The position numbers were made by a program, and so were the translations under genes. A stretch of DNA of 64,000 nt from Candidatus Woesearchaeota archaeon (GTDB lineage Archaea; Nanobdellota; Nanobdellia; Pacearchaeales; GW2011-AR1), in contig CAZETU010000002.1 in assembly GCA_964514585.1 (NCBI GenBank), positions 32,001-96,000 of the forward strand, read 5' to 3'. The first letter of the stretch is position 1; each line of letters starts with the position of its first letter. Below the pieces are notes generated by a model. That model did not search any database. It saw only the letters and a program-made list of their open reading frames with translations, and was not told the DNA's origin. Shown piece after piece: positions 47,828 through 57,672 of the stretch.

Positions 47828-48057
47828 GGTTGAACGTTGTGATTTAACGAAGTCGTTGAATGTGATTTGGGAAAAATGCGAGCCGAGCATTTTCCCGTTA
47901 AATTCCTGTTATGTTTCCCTACGACTGAAAGGAGGAGAACGCAGTGTGGCAAAATTCAAAGAATTTTGGGTTCGGAATTTGGGTGTTACCTGTATTAACT
48001 TCATAGTAGCAAAAGTATCGAAAGATTTATAAAGATTAAAGAAATTCTAAATGCAAT

Positions 48058-48393
48058 ATGGTAAATCAAAGTAAAGAGAATGATCCAAGATTTTGGAGAA
48101 AATGGAGAGCATCTGGTGCTGTATCTAGTGGGAATGAACATTTAGACAAGTGTTTAGCCAGTGCTGCTAGATTTGAATTAGAAGGAAAAGTTGCTGAAGC
48201 AGGAATTATGCGAGTAGTAGCAAGGAATGATTATTCAAATTGGGTATCTATTCCTAAACCTCCATTGGGCGAAGTTGTACGTTTACATCAAGCGTATGAG
48301 GGAACGGATAAATGTTTATATTGCGATAAGCCAATAAATAAATGGATTCCAGTGGAAAAGTGTCTCCCAAGATATAATAAAAAAGTTGTTTAG
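48058..48393 (+). CDS. Orphan accessory protein with NQSKxNDPRxWxKW leader and C-terminal CxxC
   Basis: 16/22 N-terminal residues identical to 13652..14122; CLYC near the C-terminus. Confidence 0.7.
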   Translation: MVNQSKENDPRFWRKWRASGAVSSGNEHLDKCLASAARFELEGKVAEAGIMRVVARNDYSNWVSIPKPPLGEVVRLHQAYEGTDKCLYCDKPINKWIPVEKCLPRYNKKVV

Positions 48394-48481
48394 GGCAATT
48401 TGATTTTTTTAGGTGAAGTGTGAGGCGAGGCTCTTTTCTTGCTTCTAATAATTAAAATTTTGTTTCTACTAACATGAATTT

Positions 48482-49870
48482 TTACATCAATTCTTTCAAA
48501 ATATCGGCGACTTCTTTGCCTGAAACTTGTCCTTTGAATTTGCCCATGATTAAACCCATGTATGCTCCTTGAGATAAGCCTGGTTTTTCTTTGATAATTT
48601 TCTCGGCTTCGGATTTTAGGTCAATGTCTGATTTCTCCATTGCTTCTTCTAATGATTTTCCTTGAGCGATTTTTTGCATTATTGTTTTAACATCGTTTGG
48701 TGCGATTTTTTTATTTTCAACATGTTCTAGAATTTCTTCTAGTTTGTCTGTGTCTATTTTATTTTCTGTCTGAAATAGGGTTAGCATTTTTGCGACGAGG
48801 TTGGGGTGGTTGTGTTCGTGTATTAGGGTTTTGAAATCTTCGGTTCTTTTTTGTTTTAGGATTAGTTTCATTAGTTCTTCGTTGAGGCCGAATTCTTTTA
48901 GATAGCTTTTATGTTCGGATGCTAGTTTTGGCAGGTTCTTTTTTATTTCGTTGGTTAGATCTCTTGAGATTTTTAGAAGTGGGACGTCGGTTTCTGGGTA
49001 CATTCTTGCGGCTCCTGGCATTGGTCTTAGGAATTCTGATGTGCCTTCGGGTAATGCGTTTCTTACTTCTTGTTGGCATGATTTTTCTTTGACGCAATTT
49101 TTTTGTCTTTCTATTTCTATGTCAATTGTTTTGATCATCATTTTTGGGTCTTGGAAGCCCTTGATTTCTACTCTTTCGCTTCCTTTGATTGATATGTTTA
49201 CGTCTTGCCTGATTGTTCCGATTCCTCTTTTTACATTACAGGCTCTTAGGATTTCTCCGATTTTTAATGCAGCTTCTTTGATTTCTTCTGGGGTGTGCAT
49301 GTGTGGGCCAGTTGCGATTTCTACTAGTGGGATACCTAGCCTATCTAGTTTGTAGGTTTTTGAATTTTCATCTTCGGATACTGGTCTTGCTGAGTCTTCT
49401 TCTAGCATTACGGCGTCGATTGATATTTTTCCTGCTGAGGTTTCTATGTATCCGTCGTGGGCAATCATTACTGTTCTTTGGAAGCCTGATGTGTTTGATC
49501 CGTTGACGACAGTTTTTCGCATGATTTGGGCGACTGGGAAAATTTTGCAGTTAAGTAAGAATGATATTTGTAAAGCTATTTTTAGGGCGTCTTGATTGAT
49601 TTCGTGAGGAGGTTCTTCATCTAGTTCGACAAGGCAGTTTGTGTCGTAGACTTGGTATGTGAAGTTTTTGTTCTGTTCTGCTTCGTGTTTCGCTGCGATG
49701 TCTACTATACCTGTTTCGCCTACTACTGGGTTTAGGGTCCTTTTAATTATATATTGCGGTTCGTCGCTTCGGAGAATTGAGGGGCAATTGCAGAAAAGTT
49801 TATTTGTATTTAGTTGTTGGTGAATTTCTAGTCCTGCTTTTAGCCCGAGTTTTTTGTAGTCGTGTTCCAT
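48482..49870 (-). CDS. gatE: Glu-tRNA(Gln) amidotransferase subunit E
   Basis: GLEIHQQL..KLFCNCP, DGSN-like NGSNTSGFQRT, LDRLGIPLVEIAT, RGIGTIRQDVN, RMYPETD. Confidence 0.95.
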   Translation of the reverse strand: MEHDYKKLGLKAGLEIHQQLNTNKLFCNCPSILRSDEPQYIIKRTLNPVVGETGIVDIAAKHEAEQNKNFTYQVYDTNCLVELDEEPPHEINQDALKIALQISFLLNCKIFPVAQIMRKTVVNGSNTSGFQRTVMIAHDGYIETSAGKISIDAVMLEEDSARPVSEDENSKTYKLDRLGIPLVEIATGPHMHTPEEIKEAALKIGEILRACNVKRGIGTIRQDVNISIKGSERVEIKGFQDPKMMIKTIDIEIERQKNCVKEKSCQQEVRNALPEGTSEFLRPMPGAARMYPETDVPLLKISRDLTNEIKKNLPKLASEHKSYLKEFGLNEELMKLILKQKRTEDFKTLIHEHNHPNLVAKMLTLFQTENKIDTDKLEEILEHVENKKIAPNDVKTIMQKIAQGKSLEEAMEKSDIDLKSEAEKIIKEKPGLSQGAYMGLIMGKFKGQVSGKEVADILKELM

Positions 49871-49940
49871 GTCCTGAAAAAGTGTGATAAGGTTTAAATA
49901 AGTTGTTTTCTTGTTTTGATTAATTAAATTGAGGTAGAAT

Positions 49941-50210
49941 ATGGAATTAAAGAAGATAAATTACGGATTTGCTATGTATTTTGGTGTCTTTGCTCTAGTC
50001 ATGTATTTGATTTTGGGTATTCTTCAACTTATCCTTGTAAGGCAAATGCCTGAGTATCAAGCGTTGGTTGGAAATGTTGGCGCTTTGCAGTTGCTGGTTT
50101 ATGCTCCTATAATTGGTGGTTTTGTAGCATATTTGTTTATGCTATTGGCGATTTTTGTTTACAACAAGGTTGCTGTTAAGTTTCCAATTAGTTGGACAGT
50201 TAAAAAATAA
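49941..50210 (+). CDS. Small membrane protein
   Basis: Two hydrophobic helices; SD upstream. Confidence 0.6.
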   Translation: MELKKINYGFAMYFGVFALVMYLILGILQLILVRQMPEYQALVGNVGALQLLVYAPIIGGFVAYLFMLLAIFVYNKVAVKFPISWTVKK

Positions 50211-50250
50211 TTTTATTCTACTCCTATTTATTTTTCTAGGGGTTTTTGTT

Positions 50251-50526
50251 TTAATCTTGTAGTTCGAACTCATCGATAAAGTTAATTATCGTTTTATATT
50301 TTTCTAGAAACTTGTAGCCTTTTTCTGTTAGGGAAATAAGTTTGTCTTTTTTGTGAATTTTTTCTTCAATAAATTGTTTTCTCATTAGGTCATTGAAATA
50401 TTCTTTGAATCTTGATGAGGAGATGTTTGATTTTCTTAATAGGGGGGTTGGTTTGATTGAGTTGTGATTTGTTTTAACTATTTCTAAGATATCTTTTATT
50501 ATTTCGAGTTTTGCTCTTTTTGCCAT
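50251..50526 (-). CDS. Winged-helix transcriptional regulator
   Basis: KRAKLEIIKDIL..PTPLLRKSNISSSRFKEY...L...LTEKG. Confidence 0.8.
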   Translation of the reverse strand: MAKRAKLEIIKDILEIVKTNHNSIKPTPLLRKSNISSSRFKEYFNDLMRKQFIEEKIHKKDKLISLTEKGYKFLEKYKTIINFIDEFELQD

Positions 50527-50527
50527 T

Positions 50528-51250
50528 TTAGTTTGAACCTGTTTTTTTTAGGACTTTGTAGAGAATGGCGAGGAAGACTCCGGATGAGGCTAGGTAGATG
50601 AATAATTGGACGGATTGGAAGAAATTTGGGATTAGGATGTCAAGGATGTTTATTGTCCAGAAGATGAAGAGTAGGATGTAGATTATGTGGAGGGAGTTTT
50701 TCTTGTGGGATTGTTTTCTGGATATGTAATATGTTAGGGTTACGAAAAATAGAAGTATAAGATTTATTGCGAGGTAGATTAAAGGGGTTCTTAGTATCAC
50801 CGTTGCTGAGGCCATGATTAATGCGAGTGCGTGGAAGTTGTAGATAGTTTTGCTTTTCCATTTTTTCCACATGACGCTGTAGAGTAGGTAGAAGATTGCC
50901 ATTGCGCTGAAATACATGAATATGAATATTGTTATTGTTCCGAAGACTGCACCGAGGGCTCTTGGGGAAATGTCGGATATTATTTTGATGTCAAAGGAGG
51001 TTATTATGAATTTAATGAATGATCTGGAGAAGTATGCGAAGGCGAAGAATAGGAATGCTAGTCTGAAATATTTGATGCCTTTGTGGGAGCTTAGTTCGTA
51101 GAGTTCTTTTGTGCCGAAGTATATCATTAGACTGCAGGCGATTATTATGAATGAGTAGAGAATTTCTGCTCCGAAGCCAGGGACTGCTAATTTTCCCAGA
51201 CCTTTTCCCAGACCTCCCTGAATTGCTCGTCCTGCTAAGTGCATTGCCAT
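50528..51250 (-). CDS. Polytopic (~7 TM) membrane protein
   Basis: About seven hydrophobic segments; stop 1 bp before the wHTH start. Confidence 0.7.
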   Translation of the reverse strand: MAMHLAGRAIQGGLGKGLGKLAVPGFGAEILYSFIIIACSLMIYFGTKELYELSSHKGIKYFRLAFLFFAFAYFSRSFIKFIITSFDIKIISDISPRALGAVFGTITIFIFMYFSAMAIFYLLYSVMWKKWKSKTIYNFHALALIMASATVILRTPLIYLAINLILLFFVTLTYYISRKQSHKKNSLHIIYILLFIFWTINILDILIPNFFQSVQLFIYLASSGVFLAILYKVLKKTGSN

Positions 51251-51294
51251 TTTCTTTTATAGTAATCATAATATTTAAGGTTATATAATAGGAG

Positions 51295-51321
51295 TGGATT
51301 TTAGGTCCATCTTTTTTATAA
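51295..51321 (+). promoter_or_regulatory. TGGA-N7-TCCA palindrome upstream of TATA box
   Basis: tggattttaggtcca; TATA starts 8 nt after the palindrome. Confidence 0.6.
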
Positions 51322-51369
51322 GCGATTTTTTACTGGATTTGTTATGGTATTGAAAGGAGGATTATTAAT

Positions 51370-51810
51370 ATGAAAAGAAAATATACATTAGTTGCTGCTT
51401 TGGCAATGGTTGCTCTTCTTGGAGTTGGTATGGTTAGTGCTTTTGGTTCTGGTAATGGTTTTATGTCTGGCTTGACGGATGATGAAAGGGCTGAGATGCA
51501 GGATCAGAAAGAAGCTATTCGTGCTGCTGTTGAGAACGAAGAATATGCTGAATGGAAATCTTTGATGGAGGACAGGATTGCTGAAATGTCTGAGAGTTTG
51601 AATGAAGAGAATTTCAATGAGCTTGTTGCTAGACATCAGGAGAGAGCTGAATTTCGAGAAGCTATGGAAGAAGCTAGAGAGGCTGGCGATTTTTCTAGGA
51701 TGCAAGAACTTAAGGAAGAGTTTGGAGTTGAGAGAAATGGTTTTGGCGGAATGAAGGGTCAAGGTTCTGGAAGAATGCAAGGTCAGGGTCAAGGTTCTTG
51801 TCTCGAATAA
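51370..51810 (+). CDS. Secreted helical hypothetical protein
   Basis: Signal peptide (VSA|FG); Glu/Arg-rich helices; Gly/Gln tail. Confidence 0.7.
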   Translation: MKRKYTLVAALAMVALLGVGMVSAFGSGNGFMSGLTDDERAEMQDQKEAIRAAVENEEYAEWKSLMEDRIAEMSESLNEENFNELVARHQERAEFREAMEEAREAGDFSRMQELKEEFGVERNGFGGMKGQGSGRMQGQGQGSCLE

Positions 51811-51841
51811 ATTTAGTTAATTATTTTTTTTGTTTTCGTTG

Positions 51842-51868
51842 TGGACGTTGGATCCATTTTTTTTATAA
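51842..51868 (+). promoter_or_regulatory. Second TGGA-N7-TCCA palindrome upstream of TATA box
   Basis: tggacgttggatcca; same 8-nt spacing to TATA. Confidence 0.6.
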
Positions 51869-51975
51869 AGGAAAATTGCGATTGTTAGTTATGAAAAATA
51901 CAAATTGCATTGTTAACAATATTGACTCACAAATGCTTAAATCATTTTTAGAGTTAGTAGGAGGTAAGAGGTAAG

Positions 51976-52245
51976 ATGGATAAAAAGTCCATATTATTGT
52001 TAATTGTTCTTTTTTTGTTAGTTGGTGCGCTTTGTTATTTCGTGTTTTTTAATTCTAATGATTCTGGGCAGGATATTCAGAAGTCGGGGGACAGGATTGA
52101 TTCTGTTGAGAAAAGACCTGATGTTGTTCAGGAATCGGATGAATCGGTTTTGCCCGAGGGTAAGGATCTTAAGATTAAGTGCAGGGAAGATCCGAGTTTG
52201 GAAGGATGTGCTGAGTTGATTGCAGAGATGGAGGCACGGAGATAA
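51976..52245 (+). CDS. Small membrane-anchored protein
   Basis: N-terminal TM helix; strong SD. Confidence 0.6.
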   Translation: MDKKSILLLIVLFLLVGALCYFVFFNSNDSGQDIQKSGDRIDSVEKRPDVVQESDESVLPEGKDLKIKCREDPSLEGCAELIAEMEARR

Positions 52246-52246
52246 G

Positions 52247-53008
52247 ATGAAACAATTGATAGAGATTGAGGATGTTTGGAAGAAGTATGATATGGGGAAG
52301 GCCGAGCCGTTGGTTGTTTTAAGAAATATTGATTTGGAAATTTATGAAGGAGAATTTGTCGCAATCACGGGCCCCTCAGGTTCAGGTAAATCTACTATGA
52401 TGAACATAGTCGGTGCCCTAGATATCCCAAGCTGGGGGACCGTGAGCCTTGGAGGCAAAGATATTTCTAAAATGTCTGAGTCTGAGTTGGCTTCCTTGAG
52501 AGGAAAGACAATTGGTTTTATTTTTCAGCAATTTAATTTGTTGCCTACTTTGTCTGCTTTGAAAAATGTTATGTTGCCGATGGAGATGATTGATATGGAT
52601 CCTGAAAAATCTAAGAAGAGGGCGGTTCATTTGTTGGATGCTTTGGGTCTTGGGGATAGAATGTATCATAAACCGAATGAACTTTCTGGCGGGCAACAAC
52701 AACGGGTTGCTATTGCTCGAAGTCTTTCTAATGATGCTCCGATTGTTTTGGCTGATGAACCGACTGGAAATTTAGATAGTAAGACTGGTAGTTTTGTGAT
52801 GGATTTTTTACATAAGCTTTGCAAGAAAGAAGGTAAGACGATAATTTTGATTACGCATGATTTGAATTTGGTGAAGTATGCTGATAGGGTTGTTCATATT
52901 AAAGATGGGGAAGTTGAAAAGATAGTTAAAAGAACAAAAATGAAAGGACGCTCGGAGAGCATTCAATCATCTTTGTTAAGAACAAAAATGAAAGGGGGTA
53001 GTAAATAA
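52247..53008 (+). CDS. ABC transporter ATP-binding protein (LolD/MacB family)
   Basis: GPSGSGKST, LSGGQQQRVAIAR, ADEPTGNLD, ITHD. Confidence 0.95.
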   Translation: MKQLIEIEDVWKKYDMGKAEPLVVLRNIDLEIYEGEFVAITGPSGSGKSTMMNIVGALDIPSWGTVSLGGKDISKMSESELASLRGKTIGFIFQQFNLLPTLSALKNVMLPMEMIDMDPEKSKKRAVHLLDALGLGDRMYHKPNELSGGQQQRVAIARSLSNDAPIVLADEPTGNLDSKTGSFVMDFLHKLCKKEGKTIILITHDLNLVKYADRVVHIKDGEVEKIVKRTKMKGRSESIQSSLLRTKMKGGSK

Positions 53009-53980
53009 ATGAGAAAAGAAAATTTTTATTTGGTGTTTTTTGTATTTCTACTTATGAGTGTTGGCTTTGTCTCGGCGGATGTTTCTTACTATGAGGAAGA
53101 TAATACGGCTTTAGGTAGTATTGGTTCGACTGCTTTTTATTTGACGAAGTTGAGGTATGAATCTTATCCGGTTAGTCCTGGAGATTATTTTACTATTTGG
53201 ATTCAGGTTGAGAAGAATAGTGGTGTAGAGAAAGATGTTACTTTTGAGCTTATTGAAGAATATCCCTTTTTCCTTGATTCAAATGAGGAGGCTGTTAGGA
53301 CTTTTAATAATATAGGTGCTGAGGCGATTGTCTTGGAGTACAAGGTTAGGGTCGATGAATCTGCGGTTAGTGGTGTGAATACTCTTAAGTTTAGGCAGAC
53401 TTCTGAATTGGGTAGTTCTATTATTCATGAGTTTGATATTTCGATAGAGGATGTTCAGACGGCTTTTGATGCGGTTGTTCAGGATAATGTTGACGGTGAG
53501 GTTTCTATTGCTTTGGCTAATATTGGTCAGAATGATGCGAATGCGGCTATTGTTAAGATTCCGGAGCAAGATGGCATTAGGATTGTTGGAACGAGTGGCC
53601 AGATGATAGGTAATCTTGAGCAAGGGGATTATACTGTTGTTGGGTTTGTCCTTTCGGGGACTGCTTCTGTTTTGGAAATGCAAATTGATTACACCGATTC
53701 TATTGGGATAAGAAGGTCTGAGTTGATTGAGATTCCTTTTGACGCGAGCTTTACTCCTTCGGGTGAGGCTTCTGAAGGTACGGTAGCTAGAGGAGGTCTT
53801 TCAAAGAATGGTTCTTCGCAAGTCGAGTCTACTTCTTATGTCACGTGGATAGTTTGGATTTTTGTTATTGCCGTATTGGTTTTTGTCGGTTACAAGTATG
53901 TTAAAAAGAAAAAAAATTCGAAGGGGATTTCTTCACTTACTCCTGAGTGGATGAAGAAAGAAAAGGGCGCTAAAAAATAG
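53009..53980 (+). CDS. COG1361-like S-layer-domain protein
   Basis: YPVSPGD, YKVRVDE.A..G, IGNLEQGDYT; C-terminal TM; typical context within such ABC operons. Confidence 0.75.
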   Translation: MRKENFYLVFFVFLLMSVGFVSADVSYYEEDNTALGSIGSTAFYLTKLRYESYPVSPGDYFTIWIQVEKNSGVEKDVTFELIEEYPFFLDSNEEAVRTFNNIGAEAIVLEYKVRVDESAVSGVNTLKFRQTSELGSSIIHEFDISIEDVQTAFDAVVQDNVDGEVSIALANIGQNDANAAIVKIPEQDGIRIVGTSGQMIGNLEQGDYTVVGFVLSGTASVLEMQIDYTDSIGIRRSELIEIPFDASFTPSGEASEGTVARGGLSKNGSSQVESTSYVTWIVWIFVIAVLVFVGYKYVKKKKNSKGISSLTPEWMKKEKGAKK

Positions 53981-54001
53981 GGCCCTCCCTTTTTTATAAT
54001 C

Positions 54002-55267
54002 ATGAGATTCGCAAAAAAGTTTGAGTTGGCATGGAACATGCTGATACACAGTAAGCTTAGAAGTTGGCTTACGATAATTGGAATTATAATTGGAATTGCG
54101 GCGGTTGTGGCTATCGTTTCGATTAGTAATGGGGCGCAGGCTTCGATGGCGGCAAGTATGAATTCTTTTGGGGCTGATCAGATAAGCGTGACTCCGGGGT
54201 ATAGTCAGGCTTCTAGTAATAAAATGATGATGCGTCCTGGTGGGGGTGATACTTCTTCTTCGGCGACGGGAGAAGAAGATGATCCCGAGTTAACGAATAA
54301 AGACATTCTTACAATTGAGAATGTTGATAATGTGAAACTTGTTGCGTCGCAGGTTTCTTCCAAGGAGGAGGTTGTTTATTCTTCTAAGAAGGCTGACATA
54401 AATATTGTCGGATTGAATTATGAGGACTGGGATACTATTGTTGATTCTGAAATTGAGGAGGGTCGGGCTTTGAGCGCTTCTGATGTTTATTCTGCTGTTA
54501 TTGGTGGGCGTACTGCTAGTGGTACTTTTGATGATATGCAGTTGAATAGGCAGATTACTATTAATGGTAAGACTTTTAGGATTGTTGGGATTTTGGACGA
54601 GGAGGATGGGAGTATTTACATTCCGATTGATTCTGTCGAGGGTGTTTTGGAAGATAAGGAGGATGGGGTCTATGATGTTTTGACGGTTGTTACGGAGGAT
54701 TCTGATTTGGTTGAAAATACGACTGCTGATATTGAGGAGAAGTTGATGATGTCTCGGGGGATATTGAACGCTGAGGACAGGGATTTTACTGTTTCAAATA
54801 TGATTTCGATGCAGGAGACGATTTCTGCGACGCTGGATACTTTGGCTTTGTTTTTGGGGGCGATTGCTGCGATTTCTCTTCTTGTCGGTGGGATTGGGAT
54901 TGCTAACACGATGTTTACTTCTGTTTTGGAGAAGACGAAAGAGATTGGGATTATGAAAGCGATTGGTGCGAAGAATGGGGATATTTTGACGATATTCTTG
55001 ATTAACTCTGGGCTGATTGGTCTTGTCGGTGGGATTGGTGGAGTTGTTGTGGGGAGTGTTGCTAGTTTTATGATTGGTGGTGCTGGTGGGATAACTGGCG
55101 GTTCTGGGTCTCGTGGGATGGGTTCGATGTTTAGTTCGACTTTGATTACTTGGGAACTTTTGATTTTTGCCTTGGTGTTTTCTGTGATAATTGGAATGAT
55201 TGCTGGTGTGATTCCTGCTTATAGAGCTTCGAGGTTACGGCCCGTTGATGCTCTTAGGTACGAATAA
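54002..55267 (+). CDS. ABC transporter permease (MacB/FtsX family)
   Basis: RSWLTIIGIIIG, IAAISLLVGGIGIANTM..SV.E.TKEIG..KAIGA, PA.RAS.L.PVDALRYE. Confidence 0.95.
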   Translation: MRFAKKFELAWNMLIHSKLRSWLTIIGIIIGIAAVVAIVSISNGAQASMAASMNSFGADQISVTPGYSQASSNKMMMRPGGGDTSSSATGEEDDPELTNKDILTIENVDNVKLVASQVSSKEEVVYSSKKADINIVGLNYEDWDTIVDSEIEEGRALSASDVYSAVIGGRTASGTFDDMQLNRQITINGKTFRIVGILDEEDGSIYIPIDSVEGVLEDKEDGVYDVLTVVTEDSDLVENTTADIEEKLMMSRGILNAEDRDFTVSNMISMQETISATLDTLALFLGAIAAISLLVGGIGIANTMFTSVLEKTKEIGIMKAIGAKNGDILTIFLINSGLIGLVGGIGGVVVGSVASFMIGGAGGITGGSGSRGMGSMFSSTLITWELLIFALVFSVIIGMIAGVIPAYRASRLRPVDALRYE

Positions 55268-56527
55268 TTATTTTAGGTTTGAACTAAATTCATTAGAAAT
55301 GTTTTCTAGCATTTTTTCTTTGGGGTTCCATTTTTTATGTCCTAGAATCCAGCCTAATTTTACGAATGCTGTTTCTGGTAGCATGTCACTCAAGAAAATG
55401 ATTCCTGTTTTTTGTAAGTCTCTGCCTGCTGAGTATATGTTTGGGTTTAATCGGCCGTAAATTGTTTGGGGGGTTGCGCAGACTGTTATTCCGTTGTCGA
55501 CTAGCTTTTTTATTTTTGGGAGCCAATTGAATTTTGCGTCAGTTGCTGGGACTTGTCCGATTCCTGTTACTTCTAGAATTATTCCTTTGTATCCTTGTTG
55601 TTCGTAGAATTCTAAGATTGAGGGGTCGGCTCCTGGGTATACTTGGATTAGTGCGACTTTGTCTGAGTATATTGTATCTAGTTTTGTTTTGTTGGAGTTT
55701 TTTGCATTGAAAGTTTTTAAGATTTCTATTTTTTCTTTTGTTATTTCTGCTAAAGGTTCTGAATTAATTATTTTGAAGGCGTCTCTTTTTGATGTGTGCA
55801 TTTTTCTGACTTTTGTTCCTGGCATTGCTAGGCAAATTTCATCGTCTGAGTTTTTGTGTCCGATAAGGGCTACTTCTGCAATGTCTGAGGTTGCGTATCT
55901 TGCTGCACATATTAAGTTTAGGGCTGCGTCGGTTGAACCTCGGTCGATTGATCTTTGGGAGTATGTTAGGGCGACGGGCTTGTTTAGGTCTTTTAGGAAG
56001 AACGATAATGCGCTGCTTGTGTAGTGTAAGAAGTCGGTTCCGTGAGTTATGATTATGCCATCGATTTTGTCGTCGTTGAGTAAGGGTTCGCAAGTTTCGG
56101 CTATTTTTTTCCAGTCTAAGAAAGACATATTTTCTGACCATTTCATGAATGGTTTTTTTATTTTTACAATGTTGGCTATTTCTTTTATTTCTGGAGCGAT
56201 TGTTAAAATTTCTTCGGCGTCTGTTGAAATTACTCCGCCTGTTTTTGAGTCTAGTCTTGAAGAGATTGTTCCGCCTGTTATTATCATTGCGATGTTTTTT
56301 AATTTTGGATTATTCTTTTGTGAGGTTTTTTCTTTTTCTTGAGATGTTGCTTTTATTATTATTTTGGCGTCAATAATTTCTCGTTCTCGGATTCCTATGT
56401 TATAGCCTGATTTTAGTTTTAGGAGAATTACTTCTGGGTCGTGGGATTCTAGGGCGTGGCCGTGCCAGGTTTTTTCTTTTGTTTGGAGGGAAACTTCGTC
56501 GCCTGGGTTGAAATGTTTTTCTTTCAT
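55268..56527 (-). CDS. gatD: Glu-tRNA(Gln) amidotransferase subunit D
   Basis: LKLKSGYNIG, TGGTISSR, HGTD, SQRSIDRGSTD. Confidence 0.95.
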   Translation of the reverse strand: MKEKHFNPGDEVSLQTKEKTWHGHALESHDPEVILLKLKSGYNIGIREREIIDAKIIIKATSQEKEKTSQKNNPKLKNIAMIITGGTISSRLDSKTGGVISTDAEEILTIAPEIKEIANIVKIKKPFMKWSENMSFLDWKKIAETCEPLLNDDKIDGIIITHGTDFLHYTSSALSFFLKDLNKPVALTYSQRSIDRGSTDAALNLICAARYATSDIAEVALIGHKNSDDEICLAMPGTKVRKMHTSKRDAFKIINSEPLAEITKEKIEILKTFNAKNSNKTKLDTIYSDKVALIQVYPGADPSILEFYEQQGYKGIILEVTGIGQVPATDAKFNWLPKIKKLVDNGITVCATPQTIYGRLNPNIYSAGRDLQKTGIIFLSDMLPETAFVKLGWILGHKKWNPKEKMLENISNEFSSNLK

Positions 56528-56733
56528 AGCTGGTTTATTTTATCCTCCCAATTTTGTAGTGTTAATCTTTTCATATTTTTATCGTGGAGAGTTTCTCCGG
56601 ATATTAGTTTTAGTAGGAGATATGGTGTTGCACATTGTTCGCATTTTGTGTTGCCGCCAAAGTTGCAACCGCCTTTTTCTTTCCAGAGCTTGGTGCAAAA
56701 TTTTAGTTCTTTGATTAGTGTTTCTTTGTTCAT
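56524..56733 (-). CDS. Small Cys-containing hypothetical protein
   Basis: Four Cys (C..W....GC.FG...CEQCA); ATGA overlaps on both sides. Confidence 0.6.
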   Translation of the reverse strand: MNKETLIKELKFCTKLWKEKGGCNFGGNTKCEQCATPYLLLKLISGETLHDKNMKRLTLQNWEDKINQL

Positions 56734-57248
56734 GATTTTTTAATACTATTGATTTTATATTTTTCTATTAGGATTTTTGTGTTTTTATTAATATCTATGT
56801 AGATTGTTGAAATTCCAATAATTATCCAGCCTAATTTTTCTATTAATTTGATTGCCGTTTTTATTTGAGTTCCTGTTTCTACCCATTCATCGACAAGTAA
56901 AATTTTATCCCCCCTTTTTATTGAATCTTTTTTTATTTCAAATCCCTTCTTCTTCTTGGTGTAGTCTGTGAAATCTCCTGAAAGTAATTTTTCTTTTTTG
57001 AGGGGGAGTTTTCCTTTTTTTCTTATTAAGACAAGTGGTTTTTTTGTTTTTCTTGCGATTGCTGTTCCTAAGATGAATCCCAAAGAATCTATGGCAATTA
57101 TCTTGTCTATCTGATTTTTTTTAAAGGGTTTTAGTAAGTCTTTTATTAGATTATTGAATACTTTAGGGTTTTCAAATATTGGAGTAATATCGCATCTTTT
57201 TATTATATCTTTTGTGATTATATTTTTTTTATAGTAGTTCCATTCCAT
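56730..57248 (-). CDS. apt: Adenine phosphoribosyltransferase-like PRTase
   Basis: IDSLGFILG, LIRKKGKLP, ILLVDEWVETG. Confidence 0.8.
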   Translation of the reverse strand: MEWNYYKKNIITKDIIKRCDITPIFENPKVFNNLIKDLLKPFKKNQIDKIIAIDSLGFILGTAIARKTKKPLVLIRKKGKLPLKKEKLLSGDFTDYTKKKKGFEIKKDSIKRGDKILLVDEWVETGTQIKTAIKLIEKLGWIIIGISTIYIDINKNTKILIEKYKINSIKKS

Positions 57249-57327
57249 GTTAGGATTAGCTTAGTAATATATAAAAAGGTTTGGAGGGCATTTGCAGAGC
57301 TATGTTGTGTTGAATAATTTTTTAGAA

Positions 57328-57585
57328 TTACTTTTTTTTCTTGTTTGCTTTTTCGGCGGCCTTTGCAATCCAGATTGTTGCGATTACTGCAATTATTGTG
57401 ACAATTATTGCGTAAACCCATGGTCCTCCGCCTGAGAGTTTGCAGAGTGCTCCTGCGTTTTCTGCTCCGCAAGGTCCGACAAATAGTGCTCTAATCGCGT
57501 CGTTCCAGGCTAGAGCTGCGACGAGTCCGAAAGCTGCAATCATTAAAGCTGAAACTTTTTCAATTACGTTAGATTTCATTTTCAC
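57328..57585 (-). CDS. DUF5654-like two-TM protein
   Basis: AAFGLVAALAWNDAI..WVYAIIVT. Confidence 0.75.
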   Translation of the reverse strand: MKMKSNVIEKVSALMIAAFGLVAALAWNDAIRALFVGPCGAENAGALCKLSGGGPWVYAIIVTIIAVIATIWIAKAAEKANKKKK

Positions 57586-57672
57586 CTCCTTATTATTAAG
57601 ATGCGTTTAGAATATTTAAGTTTTTGGAAGAGTCTTCAATAACTTTTTATATGTGATTTTCTAGGATTGATT

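Noticed and set aside
47632-47952. 106-aa minus-strand ORF
   Set aside because: It is antisense to the more plausible coupled 53-aa peptide and runs through a hairpin region.
51891-51974. 27-aa ORF upstream of the ABC operon (MKNTNCIVNNIDSQMLKSFLELVGGKR)
   Set aside because: Too short and featureless to support as a gene; it may simply be leader sequence.
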